From Candidatus Poribacteria bacterium (GTDB lineage Bacteria; Poribacteria; WGA-4E; JAJDTR01), in the NCBI GenBank assembly GCA_965222225.1, contig CBDCTK010000002.1, positions 5,248,001 to 5,312,000 on the forward strand: DNA of 64,000 bases, written 5' to 3'. A program made the translations under genes and the position numbers. Of this stretch, positions 10,128 to 20,567 are shown piece by piece. Below the pieces are notes generated by a model that ran no database searches, was not told where the DNA came from, and saw nothing but the letters and a program-made list of their open reading frames with translations. Every line of letters begins with the position of its first letter. Positions within the stretch are counted from its first letter, which is position 1.

Positions 10128-10276
10128 CGGCGGCATTCGATGCCAAGTTCATTGAAGAAGCGCTTTTGCAGACCGATGCAGCCGAAGTTAAATTCTGGAT
10201 GCGCCCGGAACCGACTGATTCGATGCGCCTTGAATTAGCACAAAACTTTCTCTATGTCGTCATGCCCATGAAATGA
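10109..10276 (+). pseudogene. C-terminal fragment of a DNA polymerase III beta-clamp (DnaN)-like domain, out of frame with the sigma fragment
   Basis: Manual translation GNGADLAAAFDAKFIEEALLQTDAAEVKFWMRPEPTDSMRLELAQNFLYVVMPMK* matches the DnaN C-terminal pattern (AFN..Y....L ... YVVMPM). Confidence 0.65.
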
Positions 10277-10722
10277 TGCAAGCCGAACTATTTACCGACA
10301 CACTCATACAGTTGATGCGCGACGCTTTCCCTCGCGAAACACTCGCGCCCGAATCCGCGCTCGCATCACCTCTAATTTAAACGTACACGGGATGGAACTC
10401 TGGACGAACCCGGCGATTCCGTTCGACGGATCGTCCGTTGAGTACACTCCGGTTGTGGCGGACCAACTCTACTATTCCGGAGTTTGATGTGCCGCCACCT
10501 GCCGCCGAATCAACCACATTTTCGTTGATTTCTGGTTCACGTAACTGATGCATCCACCGATGCGCAAGCGACAACGACGCCATCGGATAAACGCTGATAT
10601 TTCAATATAGAAAAAGCCCTGTTGGATTTATCCGGCAAGGCTTTTTTGGCCAATCTGATTCAAATTCTCGCGGTGGCACGCCCAAATCCTGGCGAGAGCA
10701 CTTCTGTCTGACCAGTTCCCGG

Positions 10723-13700
10723 TTATTTCGACACAAACGCCAACGGCGATGCCTCCAGCCGATTGACGAGAACCACCACATGACCATTCAACGGCTGTGC
10801 CCTAACAAGAGATGGCATCTCCTCACGGAAGGTTTGCCACAACTGACCGCCGCGGCGCTTTGCAAGCAGACTGGTCAGAAGAACGCCGTCATCACCGCCA
10901 ATCCGATGCGCCGAGATTGCCTCAATTAAGGAAAGATCGGTCTCTACGGAGGGTGAGAGCCAACCTTGGGCGATGAGACGTGTGATCCAAAGCGAGGAGT
11001 TTTCATCCACCATCATCAGCGACTTGACCGCATCTTCAGCCTGATTCTCACGGGCGTCTCCATCTTCAAGCAGTAACACCGCGTATAAAGCGGCGAGATA
11101 GGCGGAGGCATTGTTATCCTCTGGCTTCAACACCTTCATCGCATTTACCGTTGAGACGGCTTTTTCGGCAAGAGTTGTGAGTTCTGCGTCGTTGGGAACA
11201 ACTCGCCCTGCCATGCCGATACACCAAGCGGCGCGCGTCACAAGCTGCGGATCCATCCCTTCGATCTGCGGGTTGTCCCAAGCCATTTGAAGCGTGGTGA
11301 GTGCTTCAAGTTCAACGCCGCCGCGAACCGCCTCTGCCAGTAACTGCCAAGGTGCATCACCTAAACTTCTTTCGACATTATCACGTGCTTGTTTTGCTGT
11401 CGCCTTTTCACGAGTGTCGGCACGCGCTTCCCAACGTTTCACCGCTAATTGTTGCAACGCTTTCAGTGATGCACGCGTCTCGCTTGACAGGTCACGCCCA
11501 GCGACTTTCACGATATCAAGTTGGCCATTGCGCAGTGCTTCGAGAAATGACTTCACCTTTGCGTGGGTATGCGGCTCTCCGTAGACGAGCAATCGCCCCA
11601 CGTCAATCAACACCGCAGAGCCGGGATTGAGTCCCGAATCCTCCTTCTGGTCAATGGCAATTCTGACTCCATTAAGGAAGTCTGTCAGCGCGTTTTCGAG
11701 ATCTGCCTCTGAAGTGAAATTGTTAATCTCCTCCTCTGCAGGTATCGCGAGGTCGACAACAGCGTATCCCCAGGCGGAGGGCGCCGGTATACGCCGCGTT
11801 ACGCCAACTCTGATTGTGTCTGCGTCTTTCATTTGCCACGTTAGATGGTACGGCGCAAGCAGCCAATCCAGCCCTTGAATCATCGTGGCATAGCGCAGGT
11901 CAAGATATGTCACCCAAAGTTCTGGCAGATTCAGCAACTCAATGACATCTGCGAGGCTACCATTCATGAGGTCAAGTTCACATCCGCCCGCTTCGACGAC
12001 GGTATGAATTGCATCGTCAAGCGGTTGATTGCGAAGAACGAGGTCAAGTTTTCGGTTCAAACGCGGGTGGGCTTGGGCGCGTCTTTTGCCAATCTCCTCT
12101 GTCACGGTTAAAATCGCCTCGATCAGAGTGTCATCATTGCTGCCGTGCATGTCAGCTTGTAGTGCCAACACATGCTGATACCGAAGTCGTGCCGATTCGA
12201 GTTTACCCTGTTTCCGCAACTCTTTTGCCTCCGCCAACGCTTTTTGTTCATCTACGTGCCTTTTCATCGACCACTGGGCGAACAGAGTACGTCCAATCTC
12301 TTGAATACGTTCACTACTGAAGCGTGGTTGGTCATGCGGGGCATCACTGAACAGCCCCTGAGTGATCTGAATATCTTCCCTCAGTTCGCTGGTCGCGCTA
12401 ACGGATAAGGATTTCCTATCAAGACTCGGTGGTGCTTCTGTTGTGGGTGTAAAGGAAAAGGAAGCAGAAGATGACCATAGCTGCCGTGCAGCCCTGGGCC
12501 TCGCCAATGTACGCTGACTGTATCGGGCGGAATAACTCAGCCGGAGTTCTCCGATTCCACGCGACGCCTGTGCTGAAGCAGATGCTGCTTGAAACGTAGC
12601 TGCCCTTGCTGCAGGAGCTTGCCCTAAAAGGCTATCATGCTCTTCGAGAACAACACCTCCGCCAAAGACGCCATCGAACTCAACCCTAGTCGGTAACGGT
12701 ACCGGCACAAGCACCCGACGAGGCGGTTTCGCCTGTTGACTCACGAGCTGCACTTCGCTCTCATCCACCGCGACGAAACTCGTGTATTGGCTCATCAGTC
12801 GATAGGTCAGCGCTACCTGCGTAATTTCCTCAATGACTTCGGGCGTATCGGCATAGAACATCTGCGCCGATATGTCCTCAATCTTCTTCCGTGCCCACGT
12901 CTTGGAGAGAACGCCGTGTTTTGGTTGTGTACGCGGAAGTGCTACGTCCAGTGAATATGAGAGCGGTTTCCCCTCTGCGACACCTGACAATTCAATCTGT
13001 GTTCTTCCGCCCTCCGCATAGCGTCCAAACAGGATGACCGGCCTGCCTGCCCACAGCTCGGGAATTCGGCGCGGAAAGATTTCATAGACGGACAGATCAT
13101 TCCAATCAATCTGGATGTTCGCGAGTTGTGCCCGATGAATCCGATCGACAATCTGCGAGACCAACTCCTTCGGATCGGTATTGAGTTCAATAACACCAGA
13201 CATTCCTCCGCCCTGTTTCGCCACGCCATCAATCAGGAAGCGGTTGGGCGACGAACCGATGCCGATTGCCCAAAAGCGAATCTGGTCTCCGGCGCGCCTG
13301 CCGACCTCAGCAATAATCTCCGCTTCGTTGCCGATGTAGCCGTCTGTGAGCATCACGACGATACGCACCCGTTCCGGGTCTACCGGCTCGTTGAGCACCA
13401 TCCTGATGCCCTTGAGCATCTCCGTTCCGCCGCCGGCTTGAATCTGTTGTGTGAAGTTCAGGGCGCGACTGACATTCTCCTTCGTCGCTGCAACCGGTCT
13501 TTCGAACAGTTTGTTTGCATAGCCGGCAAAGGTGATGACTTGCACAGTGTCGTTCGGCTTGCTGAGGCGGAAAAAGTGACGCATCGCCTCTTTTACCTTC
13601 TCTGTCGGATGACCGCCCATCGAACCGGAAACGTCAACGAGAAAAACGACCTCGCGTGGCGGGGCTTTGGCGAGTTCAGCGTCAAGTTTCGGCTGAATCA

Positions 13701-14673
13701 TAAGCATGAAATAGCCTTGGTCCCTCCCTTTGGAGTGCGCCAAAACCGCCATCTCCGGCTTTTCACCAACGACAGCGTATTTCATCACAAAATCCTTGTT
13801 TGGAATCGAATCGGCGGGCGAAATCTCCACCACGGCGCCCGATGCTCCGATGCGCTCAAGCGTTACTTTGTGATTGGGGCTCTTGATGTCCCCAACCGGC
13901 ACCCCCGCTTCGAGCGACACCGAAAGACTTATATCGTGTCCTGTGCGATAGCCCGGCATAAGTGCTGGCGGTGTAATCCGCGAGGCATCCGGTACACGCG
14001 TCGTGTCCGGCGACCAACCTGTGCCGGACGGATCGCCCCCTTCCGTTGCTCCCTCTAATTCGCCAACTTTTCCCTTCAATTCTTTCGGAAGTTCCGGTTT
14101 CTTGGAAATCGGTGCGCCAGGAATATAACGGGGACCCACAACCATCGGGAAGTGAAATTCATAAGTGCCCATGTCGTAGTTGAGAACATCAACGTAGGAG
14201 ATTTCGATGCGAATCTCCTTGCCCGGTTTGATATTGCCGACCGACTGGGTAAAGATATTCGGTCGCTCCTGCTCAAGGAGGCTTGCCGTCGCTCCCTGAT
14301 TGATCGCCCGCTCATACATGGCACGCGCCTCATCCCGACGCTTAATCAGACCGACAACCCGTCGCTCGCCGATGACCATTGTCATATCGTCCACGGCGGC
14401 GGTATGCGGCAGCGGGAAGACATAAACCGCCTCAATCTTTTCGTCATACGGATTCTCGAACGTTTGGGTCACCGTCACGCGAGCGATGAAGCCGGAGATA
14501 ATCGCTTTGACATCTGTGTGCTTCAGCGGACATTCGACAATCTCATCTTCGGTTTTGACGCGCAACGCACCTTGGGTGACCTCCTGTTCCATCGGGTCAA
14601 TAGGCTGTGGTGTTTGTGCGAAGGCAATGCCGCCGGAAAAAATCAATATCATCAGCGAATTCAGTCCTGTCAT
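10723..14673 (-). CDS. Secreted VIT + vWA domain protein with long C-terminal extension
   Basis: Signal peptide; VTQTFENP..IEAVYVFPLP (VIT); DVSGSM MIDAS, GGTEM, LTDG; LMSQYTSFVAVD. Confidence 0.9.
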   Translation of the reverse strand: MTGLNSLMILIFSGGIAFAQTPQPIDPMEQEVTQGALRVKTEDEIVECPLKHTDVKAIISGFIARVTVTQTFENPYDEKIEAVYVFPLPHTAAVDDMTMVIGERRVVGLIKRRDEARAMYERAINQGATASLLEQERPNIFTQSVGNIKPGKEIRIEISYVDVLNYDMGTYEFHFPMVVGPRYIPGAPISKKPELPKELKGKVGELEGATEGGDPSGTGWSPDTTRVPDASRITPPALMPGYRTGHDISLSVSLEAGVPVGDIKSPNHKVTLERIGASGAVVEISPADSIPNKDFVMKYAVVGEKPEMAVLAHSKGRDQGYFMLMIQPKLDAELAKAPPREVVFLVDVSGSMGGHPTEKVKEAMRHFFRLSKPNDTVQVITFAGYANKLFERPVAATKENVSRALNFTQQIQAGGGTEMLKGIRMVLNEPVDPERVRIVVMLTDGYIGNEAEIIAEVGRRAGDQIRFWAIGIGSSPNRFLIDGVAKQGGGMSGVIELNTDPKELVSQIVDRIHRAQLANIQIDWNDLSVYEIFPRRIPELWAGRPVILFGRYAEGGRTQIELSGVAEGKPLSYSLDVALPRTQPKHGVLSKTWARKKIEDISAQMFYADTPEVIEEITQVALTYRLMSQYTSFVAVDESEVQLVSQQAKPPRRVLVPVPLPTRVEFDGVFGGGVVLEEHDSLLGQAPAARAATFQAASASAQASRGIGELRLSYSARYSQRTLARPRAARQLWSSSASFSFTPTTEAPPSLDRKSLSVSATSELREDIQITQGLFSDAPHDQPRFSSERIQEIGRTLFAQWSMKRHVDEQKALAEAKELRKQGKLESARLRYQHVLALQADMHGSNDDTLIEAILTVTEEIGKRRAQAHPRLNRKLDLVLRNQPLDDAIHTVVEAGGCELDLMNGSLADVIELLNLPELWVTYLDLRYATMIQGLDWLLAPYHLTWQMKDADTIRVGVTRRIPAPSAWGYAVVDLAIPAEEEINNFTSEADLENALTDFLNGVRIAIDQKEDSGLNPGSAVLIDVGRLLVYGEPHTHAKVKSFLEALRNGQLDIVKVAGRDLSSETRASLKALQQLAVKRWEARADTREKATAKQARDNVERSLGDAPWQLLAEAVRGGVELEALTTLQMAWDNPQIEGMDPQLVTRAAWCIGMAGRVVPNDAELTTLAEKAVSTVNAMKVLKPEDNNASAYLAALYAVLLLEDGDARENQAEDAVKSLMMVDENSSLWITRLIAQGWLSPSVETDLSLIEAISAHRIGGDDGVLLTSLLAKRRGGQLWQTFREEMPSLVRAQPLNGHVVVLVNRLEASPLAFVSK

Positions 14674-15122
14674 TTTACCTCATTGTGTGTTTAGCGAGTT
14701 GGAAATTTGTGCTAAGTTTAGGGCAATAATCCAACCAAGGATTTTCGCAAATGCGAATTCTTGGATTCAAGCATTCAGGTGAGACGGTGCTTCGAACACG
14801 CGCGTTCATCGGTGTGATTTGCTGATTCCGAGGGGTTGAACTCCGGTTATCCACATAGACGATTTGGAAGGTGGATAGTTTAAGCTGCATCAGGATGTTT
14901 CGACAGATCCAGGTTTATGGAAAATGTGCGACATTCCGAGGAAGGGATTGTCAGGTCCTAGAACACATCGGAACAACGCTGGGAATGCGTGCAGAAACCT
15001 GAGTGTTTGGTAAATTCTGTCGTTCGGTACGGTTTTGTCACTTGTGAAGTAAGTTCGGAATGTGTAAAATCTTGCACCAAGTCGGAACACAACGCACGCG
15101 ATATATAGCCGGAGAAACTGTA

Positions 15123-17260
15123 ATGCCTAGGTTGATTCAAGGATACGTCGCTATCGAAAATGGAGATCGCTTGGAAGGTGTGTCGGTATCCAACGGTAGG
15201 GAGATTGTCCAAACCGATGGCCGTGGTCTGTATCAACTGTCGTGTTGCTCTGAGACTCGTTTCGTTTGTATTACCGTACCCGCGGGGTACGCGGCTGCGG
15301 ATGGGTTCTACATTGACCTGCAAACAACGTCGAACTTCGATTTCGCTCTACGGCATCACCCCGAAAGTAAGAGTACATCGTTCTCGTTTGTGCAAATTAC
15401 CGATCTCCACACCACGGTCGATGATGGTGTGTTTCTGGAACAAGATCTTGCGCAGATACATCGGGAGGTAGGTCACAAGGCTCAGTTCATTGTGGCAAGT
15501 GGCGATTTGACAGATGGCGGGCAACGGGAGGAATACAAAACCTATCTCGGCGCTATAGCAAAATCCGAGCTTCCCGTCTATCACGCTGTTGGCAATCACG
15601 ATGATCGTGCCGAAAAATGGGGAACAAATTTCATGGATGTGCTGGGACCAATGTACTACAGTTTCGACTACGGTCCTCTGCATTTCGTCGTTTACGATGG
15701 AAGGAGAAGACGACGTACTGACAGCACAGACCAGGAATGCTGGATGCGTGCAGATCTCGAATTGCAGCCTCCAAACAAGCCGGTGGCAATCATCAACCAC
15801 TACCCTTGGGGTAGCGAGTTCTACGATCAGTGGAAAGCCTACCCAATCATAGCGACCTTGTCCGGACACTGGCACTCCACTCGGCTGTTCGTGGATGGGC
15901 AGACCGTGCACTATAATACGCCTAGCCTCGGATTTGGCGGCAGCGATCAGAGCCCGCGAGCATATCGTCTATTCACCTATGAGCGTGGAAAACTGAATGC
16001 GGTAAGCCGGGCGCTGGTGTCGTCGGAGACTTTTTCCGGCATTAGTTTTCGGCCGTCCGCGGACAACGTCGCAGGTGTCCTGCATCGATTTGAGGAAACA
16101 CATCCCGAGCCTGGAGCAGATTGGTACCTATTTCACGGAAACGCACGTCGGACGGGGAGCGCCCTAATCGGACCGCACCCACCGTTGTCTTTGGCTTGGC
16201 GAGCGGGCACCGGTGGGTCAATACACATTGCCGCGCCACTGGTGGTTGAAGGATTGGTCTTCCAGTCCACGAAGAACGAGGATACACTTTCCGGCAATGG
16301 GCTTTCGGCGTTTGATGCGCGTAACGGCGCTCTGCAGTGGCGCCATACCACCAACTCCGCCATAAAGCGTGCGCCCGCCTACTGCGATGGTCGTCTATTT
16401 CTAGTGACCACAACCGGCTTGGTGCAGGCGCTTACCGCAGAAAGGGGCGAACGGCTATGGAGTTACGAGTTGGGAGACGCGTCTCGGCTCTGGGTGTATA
16501 CCGCGCCGCTAGTAGTACGCGATCGAGTGTACATCGGTGCGAATTCACGCGTCGTGGCATTAGATCAGGAAACCGGCGATGTCGTTTGGCGTCGAGATGA
16601 CCTAGTGCCGGACGATTTTCCTCCCTGTACCAACTCACCGTCTGCCTGCGGCGGATACATTGTGGTGGGGTTTTATGGACAACCGACGAATCTGATGGTA
16701 TTGGACGCCACAATCGGCAAGACGGTATGGACCAAAGCCGAGGAAATCCGTACGATATTTATTCTACGCCGGTCATTGATGAGGATGGTACGATTTACAC
16801 GGTCAGCGCTGGCGCGGTTCGAGCCTACGACTTGGAAACAGGGGCATTGAAGTGGGAGGCGCCGTTTACGCTTAATCGTGTCCGTGCAACACCTGCACTG
16901 GCTGAGGGTCGACTTTTTGTTTGTACGGGTAGCGGGACGCTGCATGCCCTTGAGGCGGAGTGCGGCAGGGAACTCTGGAAGTGGAGTGCATGCGGGAACG
17001 CGCCGTTGTTTACCCCTTACGCGCGTGAAGGGGGCGTCACGCTTGCATCACCGGTCGTGGCTGGAAACTGTGTCTACGTTGCGGCGGCGAACGGTTATCT
17101 TTATGCCCTGGACACAGCCACGGGAACGTGTGTGTGGGGACACAATCTCCAAATCCCCTTGGCTGCGTCCCCAGCCATTTCCGGCAACGGCGTTTGGGTT
17201 GGGGGCTGCGACGGGTTTGTCTACGCTTTTGCCTCGTCGGAACACATAATACTCTTGTAG
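15123..17260 (+). pseudogene. Calcineurin-like metallophosphoesterase fused to a PQQ-like beta-propeller; -1 frameshift at ~16742
   Basis: ITDLH, SGDLTD, GNHD, SGHWH motifs, then W..FHGN..RTG and repeated ALD..TG..W propeller blades; ORFs 15060-16850 and 16727-17260 join if one G is added (GAG GGA AAT CCG). Confidence 0.85.
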
Positions 17261-17407
17261 GGTGCGATCAACCGACTGATTAAGGAGGGCGATAGAGATC
17301 CCCTGCGATCAAGCGACTGGACAGGATCAAACGAGTGGATAACGATTAAGTGACCGAATAGGGAACGCGACAGCAAATCCCGTGCGATAGAACTCTTGCC
17401 AGCCTTT
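17257..17407 (+). repeat. GTAG REP split by four nested micro-element starts
   Basis: gtagggtgc[gatcaa..atccc]ctgc[gatcaa..[..]..gatagaactct]tgccagcc; compare intact REP at 27178. Confidence 0.8.
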
Positions 17408-17511
17408 TCTCCGTGTCGTGATACCGCGACGGGAAAATTTCGGCACGCTGACATGCCCGATTACATTTTTGTCCGATAAAGGCGAACGATGTGACCCAAT
17501 CTCCGATTGAC

Positions 17512-18792
17512 CTAGCGCTCCTGCCAACGCCCCGGCTCCGGATTCTTCTGCACCTGTTGGAACAGATTCGCCCACTCGATTGAGCCGTCATCGTACCACA
17601 CTTCCAAACGTGCGCCTTCCACCTGCGCTTCCGCAATGCCCTGTTTGAAATAACTTAACCGGTCGCCTTCCATATGGATACAACTGCCATCCGGATATAC
17701 TACGGTCTTGATAATCCGAGGCTCTGGATGTATGTAACGCCCCTCCGCGTCGAGTTTTTCGTCGGGCACGCGGTATTTTTCGATGGCGTCTTCATCAACT
17801 TCAACACCGAGACCGGGAGCGTCCGGAACTTTGTGACATCCGTCCACAACTTCGATTGGCTTCTTGAGCAAATGGTGACTGTACAGATTAATGCAGGTAA
17901 TCGCAGGCCAAGTAGCGTGGGTAAGTACCGCGCCCAGATGGCCCGCCCAGGTTGTCGTCAGTCCGTTCCCCACGATCTGCAACCAGAAGGGGAGTTCCGC
18001 CTCCGCGCTAAGAGACCCTTGACGAACCACGATGGACTTCCCACCACCGATGACATACCCATCACAAACAGACTCACGGATGTTGACCTTGTAGGGTGGT
18101 GAACCGAAGTGCATCGCAATCGGTCGGTCTATGGCTTGGCGAATCCGCTTGTTGTCCGCCACATTCTCTTGTGGTATCGGTGATTCAAACATCGCCACGT
18201 TGTCGTATTTCGCCAACTTCGCCATGATAGGAATGGCGGTTGCCGCATCTTGGAAAGAACCGTTTGGATCCAGATCGAGTTTGAAATCCGCCGGCACAAC
18301 CTTGGAAATCGCATCAACCTGTTCGACGATATCCCACCACGGGCGCGGTTTATTCTTGAAACTGGTGTAACCGCTTTCCACGGCATCTCTGGCTTCAGCC
18401 GCCCAGTTTTCCGGCGAGGCGTCAATCGACCACCACGAAATTGGCGCTGTGTCTCTCACCTTCGTCCCCAGTAATTCGTAGACCGGCACCTCCAGAATCT
18501 TTCCCACCACGTCAAAGAGTGCCATCTGCAAACCCGCGCCGAGAGAGTCGTCGTTCATCAATTTGGCGGGGCTTTCCCCTAGCACACGCTGTACGCTTTC
18601 GTCGGTAACACGTCCATAGGTGTAGTGGATGACCGTCTCCCCCCATCCCACATGCCCGGTGTCCGTGGTCACCTTGCACAGTTCCAAAATGGACCAGTTG
18701 TACACATTGGATACGCTCTCGATAGTGATTTGGTTCTGCCGAGGCGTAAACGGTACGTCAACAATAGTGCGTTCGACATTAACAACTTTCAT
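17512..18792 (-). CDS. Mandelate racemase/muconate-lactonizing (enolase superfamily) enzyme
   Basis: TDTGHVGWGE, MALFDVVGK..VPVYELLG, KNK, LDPN, FESP, PDAPGLGVEVD. Confidence 0.9.
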   Translation of the reverse strand: MKVVNVERTIVDVPFTPRQNQITIESVSNVYNWSILELCKVTTDTGHVGWGETVIHYTYGRVTDESVQRVLGESPAKLMNDDSLGAGLQMALFDVVGKILEVPVYELLGTKVRDTAPISWWSIDASPENWAAEARDAVESGYTSFKNKPRPWWDIVEQVDAISKVVPADFKLDLDPNGSFQDAATAIPIMAKLAKYDNVAMFESPIPQENVADNKRIRQAIDRPIAMHFGSPPYKVNIRESVCDGYVIGGGKSIVVRQGSLSAEAELPFWLQIVGNGLTTTWAGHLGAVLTHATWPAITCINLYSHHLLKKPIEVVDGCHKVPDAPGLGVEVDEDAIEKYRVPDEKLDAEGRYIHPEPRIIKTVVYPDGSCIHMEGDRLSYFKQGIAEAQVEGARLEVWYDDGSIEWANLFQQVQKNPEPGRWQER

Positions 18793-18891
18793 CTGTACCC
18801 CTTTCTCCGCTTATAGTCATTACAATAAGGATTTCGCATATAGGACTTAGGTTGTTCGGTTTGTAGTAGCATAATTTATTGTGCGTCTCCT

Positions 18892-18945
18892 GTAGGAGCG
18901 ATCTCCCGATCACGACTTCCTGTAGCGAGCAAAGTTCACCTTTAC
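18892..18945 (+). repeat. Degenerate GTAG REP doublet
   Basis: gtaggagcgatctcccgatcacgac...gcgagcaaagttcacctttac; same family as 48128-48200. Confidence 0.65.
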
Positions 18946-19033
18946 AGTTGGTTTGTCGTAATAATCTTCAATCATTAAATCCCCCTGGTCGGTCCTACTG
19001 GATTGACAAATCCAGCAAATCTTTGTTTAACCC

Positions 19034-19115
19034 GTAGGTTGGGTTGAACAATCAAGCGACTGAATAGGGAATGCGATAGTGACTCCCTGCGATAGGAATC
19101 CTAGTGAAACCCAAC
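19034..19115 (+). repeat. GTAG REP with micro-element (19050-19102) inserted in its loop
   Basis: gtaggttgggttgaac[aatcaagcga...gaatcct]agtgaaacccaac versus the empty form at 33066 gtaggctgggttgaacacagtgaaacccaacctac. Confidence 0.85.
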
Positions 19116-19142
19116 TATCCAGCTGAAAACCCACAGCATAGC

Positions 19143-20567
19143 CTAGAATGGGTTGAGTTCGTTTTTAAGTTCTTCCACCGCATTCATGGCATCCTCCAAT
19201 TCCTGTCTAGGTATGTTCACAATGGTAGCATGGCTGAGCGGGTTAAGGATAATGCTTCGACCCAATTCGATTTCGTGAATGAGAGTTTGTTTTAGTTTGC
19301 AAGTGACTTTGTTTTTGATTTTGATGGAATCCCAGAAATCCTGACTGTCCAGTTTCTTCGGGTCGCTGCGATACCGGACCGGGAGACGTTCATCATCGCA
19401 ATACTTTTTTATTATTGTTTCAAAAGCCGTGCGGATGTAGATTGCACAAGCTTTGTAGTCGCAGGCATCAAGATGTTCCTGTGCCTTCTCAAGATACGCC
19501 TTATTTTCCACATAGACCGGCATTTCAAATTTGTCTGTTTGTGCGAAATAGAATTCAACGGCTTTCCATTGCCTGTTCGCGGAGGCCCACTGTTTGACAA
19601 TCTCATACCACGCCTTATCGTAAGTCATCAGAAAAATCTGGTACTCTGAGAAATATTTCTTCAGAATGTCAAGTACCGGGAAACGATTTGACATGTCCAA
19701 GCCAATCAACACGTCGTCAAGAGCGAGAATCTTCAACTCGCTGTCCGGTTGAAGTAAGAACCCTGCGAAATAGAGGGATAAAGCAATCGCAGACAGTTTC
19801 GCTTCGTTCAAGAAACTGTGATACGCGGCGAGATCTCTGTCAAGAAACTTCACCTTTAGTGAAATCTGCTGATTATCTAGCGTCTTGTCGTGACGGTTGT
19901 ACTTAATCTTATCAAAGCCCAGGTCCAGAATAACATTGTATCCAAACTCGTTGAGGATTTCAGATGTCAACGTCTGTAGTTCTGCTAGCTTACCGGTCAA
20001 CTCATTATTGAACGATTCAACTTGTTCTTCAAGTTCTGCAATCTGTGTGGTTGCGTTTCGGCGAGGACGTGGTGCTTTTCGTAGGTCATCCCAGTCGTCG
20101 ACGAGACTTCGATTGGATTTGTCGCCAATAGTATTACCTAAGAGATTGTCAATCAGTAGCACGAAGACATTCACGTCCTCTTCATCGTGATTGACATTAT
20201 GCGTCTTCAGAAGCGCCTTGTAATCTAGGAAGCCCTTTGCCTTTGATGCATCAATAATACGTTGGTTCTCCGTCTCTCTAACAGTTCGCGACCATTTGTA
20301 GATACACTCATTTGGAACTGAATCCGCCTGGAGATGGAGCTTAGTGTATCCATCATCCTTAATGAAGATGTTCTGATGATTTTCAAATCGGGCAGAGGTA
20401 TCCTCACTGGATTCAAGAAACGACTTTAATGCCAGATACAGCGACGATTTTCCGCTCCCATTCTCGCCGTAGACCAGCAGATTTTTCCCTGCTTTATGAA
20501 GGTCAATCTCCAAGGTTCCACGGAAGGCTCTGAAGTTTTTAGTCTTGATTTTGGTGATTCTCACCAC
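19143..20567 (-). CDS. ABC/SMC-type ATPase with C-terminal HEPN-like domain (PrrC/RloC-like anticodon nuclease candidate)
   Basis: KNFRAF, Walker A GENGSGKS, signature-like FLNEAKLS, Walker B LALDDVLIGLD, switch MTYD; C-terminal IRTAFE and LNPLSH match the PrrC/RloC RxxxE...NxxSH pattern; GTG start overlaps the upstream TGA. Confidence 0.8.
   Translation of the reverse strand: MVRITKIKTKNFRAFRGTLEIDLHKAGKNLLVYGENGSGKSSLYLALKSFLESSEDTSARFENHQNIFIKDDGYTKLHLQADSVPNECIYKWSRTVRETENQRIIDASKAKGFLDYKALLKTHNVNHDEEDVNVFVLLIDNLLGNTIGDKSNRSLVDDWDDLRKAPRPRRNATTQIAELEEQVESFNNELTGKLAELQTLTSEILNEFGYNVILDLGFDKIKYNRHDKTLDNQQISLKVKFLDRDLAAYHSFLNEAKLSAIALSLYFAGFLLQPDSELKILALDDVLIGLDMSNRFPVLDILKKYFSEYQIFLMTYDKAWYEIVKQWASANRQWKAVEFYFAQTDKFEMPVYVENKAYLEKAQEHLDACDYKACAIYIRTAFETIIKKYCDDERLPVRYRSDPKKLDSQDFWDSIKIKNKVTCKLKQTLIHEIELGRSIILNPLSHATIVNIPRQELEDAMNAVEELKNELNPF

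Noticed and set aside
13126-14694. 310-aa and 180-aa plus-strand ORFs
   Set aside because: They are antisense to the well-supported VIT-vWA gene.
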